Origin: Yuukianura sp. NJ FZ-2021
Taxonomy: Eukaryota
Reading direction: 5' to 3'
DNA length: 64,000 bases
NCBI GenBank assembly: GCA_046563655.1
Contig: CM102285.1
Coordinates: forward strand, 2,852,001-2,916,000
Positions 23,755 to 37,352 of the stretch are shown here, one piece after another. Below the pieces are notes generated by a model. The model was not told the origin of the DNA. It made no database searches and saw only the letters and a list, made by a program, of their open reading frames with translations. Positions within the stretch are counted from its first letter, which is position 1, and each line of letters opens with the position of its first letter. Both the position numbers and the translations under genes were made by a program.

Positions 23755-24386
23755 TGGAAGGCCTTGGAGGTGCTGGAAGCCGCTTGTGGCTTATTGTTGT
23801 GCTCCAGGTCTTCCTGCTTCAGACGGGCGAGCAGGTTCGGCATTGTCTGCTCAGCTTGAGTGACGCTAAACCACGCCTTGCGGAATCCCATGTACTTGTC
23901 TGGAAGCGCGGTGACAAGTTTCGTGATGACCACAGAGTCATCCACTGGACTGCCTATGTCTTTGAGGCTTCTGGAGAGCTTCTCCAGATCCTCAAATGCT
24001 TCTTGGAGAGTTTGATTTTCCTTGATTTTGTAGTTAAGGAAGGCTGAGAGCGTAAGCTGTTTGTTGAGCTGGCTGGCGTCGGAGTGGATGCTTTTAAGGC
24101 GATCCACTATCTCCTTGGACGTTCCACAGCTGATCACGTGGCTTGTGTTTCGTTCATCAAGAGTTGGGATGACAAGAGCCTGGGCTTCATTGTCCAGTTC
24201 ATCCCATGCTGGCTGGTCCTGGGCTTCAGCGGGGCGTGGCTTCGACCCATCGACGACGCCCATCAACTTGGCTGCTTTCAATATGGCGGTTATCTGGAAC
24301 CGCCACACCTCGTAGTTTTTGTCATTAAGCTTCACGACATGCGTAATGTCGACTTTCTTCTTGGTTGTTGTTGCTGGCGTAGACAT
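23523..24386 (-). CDS. gag: Copia Gag (UBN2/Retrotran_gag_2-like capsid region); true frame shifts at ~23710 into the zinc knuckle
   Basis: KLNDKNYEVWRFQITAILKAAKLMGVVDGSKPRP and LVTALPDKY are typical copia Gag motifs. IAELK joins KRTNCAKCGRRGHWAKEC in the -1 frame. Confidence 0.93.
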   Translation of the reverse strand: MSTPATTTKKKVDITHVVKLNDKNYEVWRFQITAILKAAKLMGVVDGSKPRPAEAQDQPAWDELDNEAQALVIPTLDERNTSHVISCGTSKEIVDRLKSIHSDASQLNKQLTLSAFLNYKIKENQTLQEAFEDLEKLSRSLKDIGSPVDDSVVITKLVTALPDKYMGFRKAWFSVTQAEQTMPNLLARLKQEDLEHNNKPQAASSTSKAFQCQTNGKKKTNIAELKREQIVRNVDAVATGRRNAGAHQHRTATMDSKTATMGNIAATMAEKGANSSTDLHPPSWQVE

Positions 24387-24751
24387 TTCTTATTGTTTTA
24401 AATATTGTTCTTATGAAATTTAGAACAATAGGTGGGCTCCGGACACCTTTGACCACAGATACAACTCCGTGTCCAACGTTCCTCTCTAAGTCTCTAAGTC
24501 GACCCGTAGGATTGAGATGATAAGTGTCACTTAGTTACTTGGTGCACAACTAGCCAATTTCACCCTCCACGCGGGAGGAGCTTTTGACTGTATGCGTAAC
24601 TTGGACAACAAATCTTTTCTCTGCGACTTGTTGAGCAATTAGAGTACAACTGTCAGACTTTGAGTGTACCCGAGCTTTCGGATGAAGAGAGCTTTCCCTA
24701 TTGTTCAAAGATCTTGACTTTAAACGTTATTGTTTTTAGACAACCTCCTTA

Positions 24752-24761
24752 TCTGCTACCA
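24752..24761 (-). promoter_or_regulatory. Primer-binding site, tRNA-iMet 3' end
   Basis: - strand TGGTAGCAGA directly after the 5' LTR, complementary to the ...UCUGCUACCA 3' end of animal initiator tRNA-Met. Confidence 0.85.
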
Positions 24762-25145
24762 TGTAGTAAGTAAGAGATTCGGAAGAATACTGATGATTTA
24801 TTCAGAGATTCCAGAAATATTTATACTAAGCAAAAAGGTATTGTCCTTAGCTAAGGGTTTGTTTGTAACATAATAAAAGGACAGAAAGTATAAAACTGGA
24901 ATTGAGAGCAAAAACAGTTTTTGGGGTCACCTAATGCTATTGCATGGGTGACCGTCATATGAGGACTTTTATGACAGTAAAAGTCCTTGCACTTTTAGAA
25001 CTTGGAAAAGGGAGATTGAAAACAAGTCGGCAGATTCTCAAAAGATTTTAAGAAACTGGATCAAAAACAGGATGCTACTTTTACGGTTAGGTCAAGTGAC
25101 CTGACCTTAAACTTTTGGAAAAACTGAAACTTATTTTTAATTACA
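24762..25145 (-). repeat. 5' LTR (384 bp)
   Basis: Second copy of the repeat; followed immediately on the - strand by the PBS. Confidence 0.97.
24797..24825 (-). promoter_or_regulatory. LTR TATA box and polyadenylation signal
   Basis: - strand TATAAATA (24818-24825) followed by AATAAA (24797-24802); the same motifs are at 17787-17794 and 17766-17771 in the 3' LTR. Confidence 0.6.
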
Positions 25146-25150
25146 AAAAG
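25146..25150. repeat. 5-bp target-site duplication AAAAG (right copy)
   Basis: Matches 17726-17730. Confidence 0.92.
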
Positions 25151-25936
25151 ATTTGCAGCATTTCAAGTTTCTGGATAATTTGGAGCTTTAAAGTTTAAAC
25201 TTCAAAATAATTTGTAGCTTTTTCAAACTTTGCATAATTGAGAGGAAATAGAGGCGGGAGGGGGTGGACATTTTGAAATTCCATTTGACATGGTCCACTG
25301 TGCACTACTTGTTTATGAATAAGGGGGAATCACGGTGTTGGGCATATATTAATTTGAGTTCATAAATCAAGCAGTGTTGGGCAAAAAGAGTTTTTTTTTC
25401 AAAAAAATAAATATAATAGAGATATTAATGTTGGAGCAGAAGCAGCAGGAGTTAGTGATTACTACTAGATCCTGTAAATCCCACTCCTTTCCAAATTATT
25501 ATCATTATAATACACAGTTTTCATCTTTTTTCGAGAGGTTGTCCGACACTATTTTTTTTAATTTGCCCAACTCTGCTTCCCCCTCTGTTGCCCATTGTTG
25601 TTTTGTATCTATTGTTCCTCGCTCGTCCGACTCCTATTATTACATGGTCCATCCACTCCTTTTATTTATGAGCATAAAAGAGGTGTTTGAGGGCAGAAAA
25701 AAATGGATAATTACGCTAAAATCTAGTTGATTCCTATTGTTACTCTGTGCAGTCTCCCGTGGCAGTGAACCAACCGTACGCTCATTCTCTCTATGGCGTG
25801 CATTGCAAAAAGACAAACTACAAAACTACCCACAACAACTTAGTCAAAATAGAATTTGCAAATACTACATTCATCACGGCATGCAAACACAAGCAGATGC
25901 TTCGTAAACGCGTGTTTAAAAATTTGTGGGCTTCAA

Positions 25937-26076
25937 AAGAGGATATTTGCAAAACCGTTTTCTTGCAAAAATGGATACCTTAATGAATTTTGGTGATTTT
26001 AAGCCAACCTTATTCGTGTTAGTTTTTTTTTGTAACAACAACACTTTTCAAAGGCGATGTTTGCAAATATCCTCTT
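25937..26076. repeat. 17-bp perfect inverted repeat, likely decayed DNA transposon
   Basis: aagaggatatttgcaaa (25937-25953) / tttgcaaatatcctctt (26060-26076), with further ttgcaaaa-type subrepeats nearby. Confidence 0.5.
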
Positions 26077-29000
26077 CTGTAAAAATCATGTTTTGCAAAT
26101 GTCCTGTTTTGCACGGTACGAATTTGTATTCTACCAATTGTAACGTGGGTATTTTTTAAAAATTTATATCTGTTCTGTCGCCTTTGTCCGACTTGTCATC
26201 ATATTGTTGCTGTGTTAATGTTGACCGGAATAGTGTTGAACCTTTTATCGTTGACCTTTTGGCAGGGCTGTGTCCAAAATAGAGGTTAAGAGCAGCACGG
26301 CGAAGAGAGGAAAATGTTAAGATTTGGATCTTTGGCGATGTTGAATTTGTTTGCAGTAGATCCGGGAGGGGTGGGTCTTTCCACTAGCGGCTAATCAACA
26401 GAGAATCAAATGGAGATGGACAGATTTATTGTTCTGGGAGGGATGGGCGTGGGAGATTTAAAATTTCACTGAATAATGAGATGTACACAGAGAGGGTGGT
26501 TACGGCTTTTAAATAGGCAGGGAAACAATGAATTACTTTTATAGCTTACCCTTTTTTTGCAAACTCAAAAAAAAAGTTTGCAAAAAAAATTAGTTTCTTT
26601 CTAAAGTAACTTTACAAAGGGGAAAAAATAGAAGAGAGTTTTTTACGTGTCAATAACCTATTTAGTGTAACTTTTTAGACTAACCACTACTACAAAAATT
26701 TTTCTCACTTCACCTCAAGCAAAGTTAGTTTGTAACTTTTAATTACTAAAAAATTTTTAGGCATTTCAACTCAACTTTTCCAACTCAAGAGAATTGTTTG
26801 AGCGGGAATTGCAAAAGGACTTTGGTGATAAACAGGAATGAATGAGCAGAGACGTAGAAAGTGCCGAGAAAGGAAGCTCACTGGTTGGGAAAAGGAGCGC
26901 ATGTGCGTTTAGGTGCAAAGTTGTTAAGTTAATGTAATCAAGTTTTTAGCGCCTGAAAACTTCCGTTCGTTCACTCTGGAGAGACTTAGGATAAATTAAT
27001 GATTAATTATAATAAGGTTAGGGCGAAGTTAAAATATAAATTTTGGCGGGAGGGAGTAACTAATTTAAATTTACCTTTTTGGCTGGAGAGGGGAATCATT
27101 TTCGCACGAACAACAAAAAATTTTTTTGAAAGCGTTGCTTCAGTTCAAGCTCCGCTGCAAATTGCTTCAGCTTTGTAAATAAGTATTCACCTTCCGGGAA
27201 AAGTCAGGGGAGAAAAAGCGAACAAATTTTGCTGATCTGATTTTTTGTTATAATTCGAAAATGAAAAGTGGCATATTTGGCGCATGAAAAAAAGTACAGA
27301 AAGCCGTTCATCCCGTCTCGGTCTCAATCCAGACGCCATTTTTGAACTTGGGCGCTAATACTATTTAAATCTAATTAGTTGAGAATTAATTAACACTTGT
27401 ACAAAATATTTAAAATGGTGTTAGGAAAGTATATTAAAAAAGGCTGGAAGCCTAGTAGCCTTACGGATACTAACATCTTTTGCCAGGATGGTTTTTTAGA
27501 GCAAGTGCCCGAAAAAATTTCAAATTCAAAAAACCAAATTTGAAATGGCACTAAAGAACGTCTTGGATCGTCCATGACACTTAGAAAATCGAAGCATTCT
27601 TGTTTGTTTTGATTTGAAAGCTGGTTTGAATGCCTTAACGCGGTATTTCAGTTTCAAATTTTAAACTTTTCCAAAACAAAATTGTCCTTTGATAAGGCGC
27701 ATCGTGTGTTTTACAAAAGGAAAGGTTTACTGCCAATCAGATGCGTCTTATACGTGAGAGCTTCAAATGAAAATTTTTACGCAATTAGATTACTCGTTTT
27801 ATGTGAGTTTCCCTTAAGAGTTTTTCTCGGGAAATTTTTAATTTTTCTTGATTTGAAAGTTTAGTATTTTTCTTTCTTTTTTATCAAAAAGTCAAAAATC
27901 TGCGGTACAATTTAAAATAAACTCAAAATCCACACCAAATCTCAAACCAAAGTGGATGTCGCTAACAAAATAAGGTTGCTGGTGACGGTATTTAAAAAGT
28001 TAGAAAATTTCTAAGTTTCAAGCGTCTCAGAAAAGCCTGCAATTGTGTTGAGAATGTTCCATTTTTTGAAACGTAAATTATAAAAACTTCTGATTTAACC
28101 TATAAATTAAAAACTTCTTTATATAAGAATTTTTGTTGTCTAAACTAATATGTCCAAAATTTATGATTTTTGTGACCATCATCAAAAAGGTTTCAAATGT
28201 CCACAATTTCCAAGAAAATTGAACAACTTTCAAAATTTTGAGAATTTTGAACTCTTAAGCTATGGAGCAGTTATTCAGGTTTGTGTGTCGTAACTTAGTC
28301 CAACTGTGACCTCAGGTCAACATGGTGCAAACCCTTTTGAAAAACCTAACTTGAATTTATTAACTTTCTGCCTAAATTGTAATCGATGAGTCTGGATTCA
28401 TGTGGAAATCATGATCAAACGTGCATAAAGTAGACGAATTTCAGTTTTCTTTTAATGCATTTTACGTTTTAAATAAGTCTTGTAAAAGAGACAGAAAGAT
28501 GACATCACCGCGATAGCAATTAGCTAACAAGATTTGCTAATTACAATTAGTTAGTAGATCTAAATGTTATTGTCGTTGATGAGGATGAGCCTGCTCTAAA
28601 TGTTATTATTATTACAATTATTATTATCATTACCGTTATTATGATTATTATTATTACTTTAAACTTACAACAAAAAGAAGCTAAAAATTTGTTCTGTACC
28701 TTGACTTTAAACCAAGTTATGTCTAATTTAAGTGTCTAATACTTATTATCCTTAAGTAAAAAATTTGGAAGGAGGCGGGAAAATTTCAAAATTGAAATGT
28801 GCTCTGGAGTGAAGACAATGAAAATGAAAACAAGGGTTTGGAGGGAAAAAACGTCTTGAAAACAAGACGCTAATTATTATTATTAGACCACGTACAGAAC
28901 CTATGTTGGAAAAATAATAATAAAAGTTTCGTTATGAAAAAAATCCAACAGAAGTTCTCAAACTTCAAACTATTTTTTTCCTTTTTCAAAAAGTAGCCTA

Positions 29001-32000
29001 TAAAAAGTAAATTAAAAAGAGTCTAAATGAGAAGCTTTTAAAGAAATGACTGGCCATGAAAAGAGGAGGGAGTGGGAATATTCCAATTCAAAAAGTTACA
29101 ATGAAAGCAAACAGAAGGATCATGCTCTCCAGAGACCATTCCAAGAAGAATGGCGACGATTGAAAGAGGAACGGAACCTCATTCCCTTCTGGCGGAACAG
29201 ATAAAATTGAATCTGCCAACAACCGTGCTGAACCAAGAAAAAAATTTACTTTCTGAAATGGATTTTTAGAGTAAAAAGTTTCAAAAAGGACAAAGCTAGG
29301 CATTAAGAATTTTGAGTTTCCTAAAATTTCTCGTAAAGGGAAGTCCGTTTCTTTTCTTTCTTTTTAGATTTTCGTAAAGTCGTTTGTTTTCTTAGACTTT
29401 TGTGAAAGTCTTTTTGAGAAATTAGTTTTGAAAGAAATGGAGGGATTGAAGAGGCTTGTTTAGAGTTTTGAGCGGGAAGTAATGAAGAAAAAACAAAGAG
29501 TTTGGAGGATGTTGAAAGAAGGAGAAGTTGTCTTTTGCTCCAGTCCAACTATAAATTAAGACGCATGTCAAAGGAATTGTCTTTTAGGGAAATCAGGGGA
29601 AGATGGACGAGGAAATTGGTCCTAGTCCAAACTTCTTTCTTTTTTAAATTTGAAAACTCCCGCTCTTTCCGCTCTTCATTTATTCCACTTTCCCTGTTCT
29701 CTCTCAATCCATTTCCCCCGTCGAATCCCCCATTTTTCTTCCTCTTGTTACTTTCCTTTGCAGGATCAAATAAAATAATTCACAAAGAGAGCAAATGGGC
29801 GGACTCGGGATTTGTTTCTTTTCTGCCTTTCTCCGATTTTCATTATTTATTCAACGACACTCTCCATTAGGAAATGTCTTTTGTAATTAGTAAAAACTCT
29901 AACGCCTTTCTAATCCGCTGAGTTAGACTTCAATCCGATGCATAAGAAAGCATAGAAACTTGAATTTGAACTTATTGCTGTTTTCTCCAATTCCTAAAAG
30001 CCTATTTATCATTGCAAAAGTTACAGGTAAGGTAACATGACTGTGTTCGGGTATTGCCGGGGACAGAAATTAGATTTTTAAATTTGAAATTTCATTTCAT
30101 TTAAAAAATTTCATATTTTTCTTAGACAAGTTGGGGCAGAGTGAAACAGTCTGCCTGCGAAATCTAAAACAGCGAAATTGATTCAAAATATGAATACATG
30201 GCAGATCTCATGTCGTCGTATTAAACGAACTTTGCGTACCTGTAGACTGTTCTAGTTTTACTAAATTCATTAAAATTGATTTTGTGGTTTGTTGATCTAA
30301 TTGCATTTGGCAAAATTACATGTTGAGCAAAACTATCCAGCATCGAACTCTAAAAAAATTTTTTTTTTGTCTTACTCAGCTCAGGTAGACTTTGCATAAT
30401 TAAAACCGAAATGGCTACTTTCCAGTTTTCCCGCCTTTTCTCTTTCTCACTCAAATTTTAAAAGATTTTAGATCTTGTGATTGCGTCGAACTGAAAATCC
30501 GAACGGGTTTTACACTTAGCCGGATTAATTTTTTTTTCTAGTACAAAAATAGGAAGCCTTTTGCTAAGAAGTCTAAAAAAAAGACAAAAATACAAGGAAA
30601 AGGTACAGAAGCATTTGAATTCCCTAGAGATTTGGAGGACTTCTGTTCTTGCTAGAAGCTCATTGTCTTCTGGCCTCGATTCTTTCCTTTTAAATTCGTC
30701 GTAGAATGTGCACTTGAGTTTAAAATTCCCGCTCCCCGGGGAAAAGAAACCGATTCGAGCGGAGTGACTCGAGAAACGCGGGAAAGTGTATACCTTCAAA
30801 CTGCCACTCTCTTCTAAAGTTATCCAATTCCAGAAACCTCTTCAAACAGTTTCCTGTGTACCTAATTTCCAAATTGTATGTAAAATCACATCTTCTCCTA
30901 ACCTAAACAGGACGCGGGAACTTCAAACTTGACATAGGCAGGGAGCGTGAAATGAAAGTGAAAGTAAACGCTCTCCACGGTCTCTCTTCCGACGTCAATC
31001 AGAGTTCTACTCACAGTCCCAAATTACAAATCCTCACATTTTACAACTAAATTGAAAAACTTAACTACATTTCCTCTTCAATTTTTCCCTCAAATAACGC
31101 CAAGTTCAGTTTATAACACATCGTTAACATATGTTTTGTAGTGGCGGTATTTTCAAAAGTGAAGAGTTCCTGGTTTTGCCGCGTTTCAACTTTAAAAAAA
31201 AACATCTAAAGATGATGACATGAAATCGAACTTTTCATCGCCCTTTTACAATCTGCAAAGTTTCTTTTTTTCTCGTTTTTTTGCCTTTCCTTTTGTGTTT
31301 GTGATGACAGAAAAAGAAAACCTGGGAAGTACATATACCATTTGAAAAAAAAATTCAACAGAAGAAGTCAATTTTTGGTACTCAAAAGCGAAGAAAAAAG
31401 TTTTTGCACATGCGTTCTGTTTACTTTAATTTGTCAATCTTTCAAACCTAGGTTTGAGGAACAACAAACATGAATCTTGTTGAACTGGTTTTTGTTGATT
31501 CAAATACCGTTGACTGAGTTGTAATTAAAGGAATTGCTTAATGAACCTAATTTTGACACTTCCTGATTATTTCCAAGTTAACTTGGTCTTTTCCGCTTGA
31601 AAACAAAACAGCCGGTTGTTCATTAATTCAAATTGGTTTAATTCTTAAAGCAGTTTGTTCCTTCATTTGAGAAGTGTCAAGTTTTACATGCTTGAATTCA
31701 GAAACTCAGAATAGTAGAAAACTAAAAAAATTAGGATGCTGTAACATACAGAAGTTAGAAAATTCAAATAAATTACAAAAGTACGGGATTAATTGAGTTG
31801 TAGAAGAACTCTGCTGTGTCTGATTAATAGCATAAGTGAATTTGACTTTGCTCAACTACAGATTAATTGAGTCTTCCGCTCTCAACTACAAAAGTGGAGA
31901 GCCGTGATTGGTTGAATTGGAGTGTCCAGTTAGGCTACTGTAGAGTTGTCCATAGTATAGCCAGTATGGTCAAAAACTGGCTGTCCATGTTCAGGAAGAA

Positions 32001-35000
32001 ATCAGGGAATTGTGTCAGATCCAGATTGATGAAAAGAGCTTTGGAAGTCCATGGGGAAAATCAGGGAGGGATCCAATTCCTTTGTGTTCGCTCTCTTCCC
32101 GCTTTACTTTAGGTTAGGTTAGACCTAACGTAACTTGAGCGTCATGGCCCAGGAGATCCAAAGCCCCATTTACTTTCACTGCCCAGTCCAGCCTCATCAG
32201 ACACAGGACGACTCGGCTTTTAATGAGCTTTCACCGCTTTCTCTCAAGCTACAGCCTCAGACCCAGCTGCTCAAAGGAACCAAATCCGGGAAAATTGCTT
32301 TAATTCAATCACTCAACGCTCAACCGTCACAAAACATCTCCTCTCGTTTCTTTCTACAAATACGTTTTCACAAAAAAACTACACAAGAATGGGAGTAACA
32401 TCGATACAAACCTATTTTCTCCTATGTTATGGTTGATTAAGTTAACTAGTTAAGCTAAGCTGCAGTTGAATTTTTGAAATGAATGAAATTTTTTAACGGG
32501 TTAGGTTATTTGAATTTTTTGAATTGTTGAATTACGTAAAAGAAAAAGGCTGACTGAGGGTTTTTCAGGCTTTACATACAATTAATCAACAACGTTTTGG
32601 AGAGAAAGTGAACGTATAAAAAAGCTTCCTCTTTTGAGCAGAGAAAGCAGAAACAGTGGAATGGATTTATTTCATTCCAACGTTATTTCAAGTTTCATTT
32701 CTTCAGTTTCTCTACATGCTTTCTCTTTGCTAGATTACACAGCTTATGCTAAAAAAAGCGAAGCTTCGCAGTCGTCGAGAAAAATCTGTGAAAATTTTCA
32801 TTCCAGTATGTGCCCTGCAACTTTCTTTTGAGTACGAAAAAGAATAGTTGACTGCATTGCGATTAGTCAGTCTTAGTTTAATATTAATGATCATCTTTAT
32901 GCGGAGGGGGTAACTGTTTTATGAATTATGCTGCCGAGAGAGAAAAGTACTACAAAATAAAGAAGTCTCCATCATCATCATTATCTTTCAGAAACAACTT
33001 TTGTTCGAGGACTCGTCCAAAATTTATGCATGCAATAACTAATTATTACAACTTTTCCGAGGAGAACTTTTGAGAGTTAGTAGAACTTTTGCCGAGAAAG
33101 CGGAGAAAGTTGCCAGAGCAGAAAACACTGTAGGCCAAAAGATGAGTTCATTTGGAGACGCGGGAAATTCATCATGTTTTTCTTTTCAAATGCCAACTGA
33201 TGTCAAGTCATTTCCATTAAAAATTCAAATACACTTCGCCACTTTCTTTCTCTTGGTAAAAACACGACAAAAGTTTAGCAAAAAATAATAAGACGTGAGC
33301 TTGTTCGCTTCATAAAGTGAAAATGCATCGTTTTTCTTTTTTTATGTTTTTTTCCTAGCACAATACATTCTCTCCAAACCCAAAACTTTTTTTTACGATT
33401 AGAAAACCTTTTGTTGAAAAATCTCGATACTAAATTGGATTTGAGTGTGGAATTTTTTATAATTGGAATTTGTGTTTCATTAGTCATTTGGTTGGGCAAA
33501 GTGAATAGACATGCCAATGCAAGAGTTTCCCATCTCTGCATAATGAATTCCCTGTCGTGGTTAGGTCTGCAATTTAATTGGGTTCCACTGGCCACTTCTG
33601 TTGGTTTGTAACATTGTTTCAAATTGATTAAAAACCGAAACACGTCCAAAACCTAGCGTAATCAGTTGTCCAAGATGAATGTAAATTTGTGTTTGCTTAC
33701 ACAGAGGATTTTGACCAAACACTGGTGGACAGATGACCATTACTTTCCTGTTTTCTCTAATTACTATCCTTCCCTCACACGCAAATCCCCGCAAATTTCA
33801 AACCAAAATTACTAGGCATTTCAAACAATTCTTGTTTCCCGCTTTCATTTCCGCTTCACTCCACCAATCCCCACAAACCTACACTTAATTTTCCTACTTT
33901 AGCAAATCCAACTTGTCAGTTAATTTAACTTAGCAATCATACGGTTCACATAATCCAAATTTCGAGGTTTTATCATCTCTGTGCTAAGTTTTGGTTTGAA
34001 ATGGAAAGGTCAAAAGGATTCAAACTTGTTACAAAATTTTGTAAAAAAGTGGAATTTTTTCGTATATTTTAGTTTTCAAAAGTTTGGAGAAAGTTTTTCA
34101 TATTAGGAATTGAAATTGATCAATTCCGAGTTTGAGTTTGAAGAAGTTTTTGGCTTTGTGGAGGGAGAGTGAAAGCTAACGTGGTGAAATGTAATTGAAT
34201 GTTTTGAAATTGAAACCGCGGAGAGGCTTTTTGTGCTCTGTACTTTTTAGAAGAGATTTATTTATTCAAGGAGGACAAAGTTATACGACTAAAGCAAACA
34301 GGTTCTAGTCAATTTCCTCTAATCCAAAACTAACTTTCTGTAGTCACTCCAAGGTTTTTGTGCCCAACTCTGCTAGGTTAGGTTACTGCTTAACACAAAG
34401 TTGGGCAAAACCTTGTTTCCCCAAACCAACTTCCCCAATTCCCCGCAAATTTCCCATTTTTGTTTCCAAAAGTTGCCAAAGTGAAAGTTTAGGCTTCATG
34501 AGGGTGGTAGTTGGAAAGTGTAACATTATTGGAACAAAAGCTCAATTCAATTAATCACAAGGACTTTGGAGGCAGCAGTGCTCTATTGAGCAGGAAATTA
34601 CAAACTTTCCCGCTCCTTCAATTGACTTTCTCTGCATAATCTAAACAAACGAAGGAAACTCATTTCGACTCTACCAACCTCTTCAACCACTGTCTTACTT
34701 CTCTTTGCTTAGGTTAGGTTAGGCTAAAACTAACATAAAGTAGACAAAGGGAGCAAGGGCCACAGCGGGAATTGATTCCATTTCAAATTTTAGCACGCTT
34801 CTGCTCAACCGCCAGATGCCTCTGGTCCATTGAACCAAAGTTAATTAAACTACCGGAATTCCCTAGTTTCCATTGTCTCACTTCCACTCCATTTTCAATT
34901 TGTGAAAACAATGGAATTTGCAAAGTCGCGCCAACGTTTACACACTTAAGTTACCGCAAAACCCCACATAAACATACCCAAAAAAAAAGTATTGGCTTAT

Positions 35001-35033
35001 TTTTATGCAAGGTTTCTTGACAACTGAATTGTA

Positions 35034-35279
35034 TTTCTTACAAGAGGTTGTCTAATAACTCACCGTTTTCAAAAATCTTACTTCAAACAAATTTTGCATC
35101 AATTCTGCACATATTTTGTTTAACTTTTTTTTCTATAATTTTTTATTCCAACTGGTCGACTTCTACAAGAGAAACAAGACAAAATTGTCATGCAAAGGTT
35201 AAGATGAACCGATTTCATTTTTGAAAATTTGTGCACAAAATTGAAAAACCTTGAGTTATTGGACAGCCTGTTGTAGAAA
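35034..35279. mobile_element. MITE-like element, family copy 2
   Basis: acaagaggttgtctaataactc ... gagttattggacagcctgttgtag; shares the TIR and the internal aaaat(a/c)ttacttcaaaca with 3471-3635. Confidence 0.65.
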
Positions 35280-37352
35280 AAATATTTTTTTTTGGGAACA
35301 ACCTTGTTTTTATGTAAGTTTTTATATTGTCAGACGTAACTATTTTATGCTTTGGCAAATCTAACTTCTTAGTTTTATTTAAACCGTGTTGATTAAGGAG
35401 GAGCAGTAGATCATAATGAAATGGTATCAATATCATGAGTTTGTTTTTGCCGAAGTTTAGAAGAAACCTAACCTAAACTAAATGATGTTTCGTTTTCCGT
35501 TCTTTCTGGTATTCCCTGCCCATATTTCTTAATTATCAGACCCTATTTGTCCGTGAGGTCCATAAATAAAGAAATTAAGGCCCAATAATTTATGACCCAA
35601 TTTCCCTTGCTAATGTTCCCAAAAGTGAAACTCACTCACTTCTTCCCGCCAAGATTTAAAATGATGAATTGTCTCCAGAGATGACATAGTTACTCCCTCT
35701 ACCGAAACCACAACTTTTAATCATAACAAACGCTTATTTCTTACTCCTGTCTCTCCAAATGTGCTTCCGATGCAACTTTAGTGCTTCCAAATGGAACCCA
35801 ATTAGTAGACAAAAAAATTGAATTGTGGTGGAAGAGGAACAAAAATGAAAAAGTGCGGGAGTAAAGCGTGCTTATAAAATTCAAATCTGGTTGGAATGGA
35901 TCGTAGCTGGATAATTTACGGTTGAGTGAACATTGTAACTAACATTAAAGTCCAAGTCACTTTTGTCACGAATCCAATTTTTATGACTTGTTAAACTTGG
36001 ATGAAGGAGTAACGATTTTTGGAGAGAAAAAAATGAAATGTTAGAGAAAGAAAATGTCTTGTGTAAGGCCTAATGAAGCCCACAGGAGAAAACCTACTGT
36101 GGTTTGACTATTCCCCAGCATAAATCTCAAAAGAACTTATGCCCCTTTTCACTTTTCAAAAAAAAGCTTCCTTTTTATGAAAAAAAGAGACATTTGATTT
36201 TTGAAGCCATACTTAAGTTGAGCCACAAAATTCTGAGTTGTTAAACTTGCAGGAGAGTAACTAAAATTCCTGCGCACGAGATAATAAACAAATCAAAAGT
36301 TTTATTTCTTCAAAACACAGAATCTTTTTATTAAAAAAAAATCAAAATTCTAGAGCAGTGGTGTTTTTCGAATTTTTTGGCCTTGGAAATTTTTAAAATT
36401 GAAAACCGCAATTTTTTTCACATTTTGAAATAATGTGGGCGTAGGTTAGGATTACACTTTGTAGATGTCGAAACTGTGGTTTTCTTACGGTAATAATTAG
36501 ATGGGATCGGAAGAACATCGTCTTCATCTGCCCCGTGACACAAGAGGCCACGAAATGAGTCTCTTGGGCCTTATTCCGTAGCACAACATTCTCATTTTCA
36601 AAAACTGGAGTGGCGCGACGGTTCAAATTGCAGGAACTTTGAACGTGTTTCTTGGTTTCAAAAACATTTTAGTAAGTTGGTGTGGTACGGAAATTAATGT
36701 TCGAAGCTTAAGTTCCTGGAGTAGAAAATAAAGTTGTGATTCTTGTCTAATGATTTCTGGGTCCCGCAATTCTGCATCATTCTAATTGTGACAAAAGTTA
36801 TAAAAGTCAACTTTCAAAAGTTATACTCTTCCCGCCAAAATTCTTGGAACCTTTCAAATTTATATCAAACATTCCCGCTCTCTCTTCTAACATCATTAAG
36901 CGAACACAATGGAGTTGGGATTCCTTTGGGTCATTCTTTACACTCAAAATATTTGTGGAATTGTCCTCTCTCGGAGCAAATGGTCCAGAGGGCGCTTTTT
37001 TGAAATTTCCCGCTCTTTTTGACAAAAGTACACCCACTATAGAGCAGTGTCTTGTAGAAGTTTATTATAAAGTGAGTTGGAACTGGAAGTGGGAAAAGAG
37101 GGACAGCGAATGTAATGGGCCAAGTCCTTAACTGTCAAGTAATTGGTGTCGTAAAATGAATTCTTGACTTCATAATAGGTCTAACTCTGCCAACAACTTT
37201 CTACGTTAGGCACCTAACCTTACACAAACCTCCATCTTCTCCCACGCCTAGGTTTAAACTTATGCACCAAACCCATTTCATATTCACCGACTTTCTCCTC
37301 CGCTCATTTCACAATTCGCGCCATTCCGCCGACATTTGAAGTCAATCTCAAC

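Larger units (their letters stand above)
17731..25145 (-). mobile_element. Full-length Ty1/copia LTR retrotransposon with tandem protease and env-like fusion protein
   Basis: Two 384-bp direct repeats with TG...CA ends, AAAAG duplicated on both flanks, PBS and PPT present. Domain order is gag-PR-IN-RT-RH, with IN before RT as in copia, followed by an env-like region. Confidence 0.98.

Noticed and set aside
18380-24401. Plus-strand and alternate-frame ORFs overlapping the retrotransposon
   Set aside because: Shadow ORFs of the gag/pol/env coding strand with no independent features.
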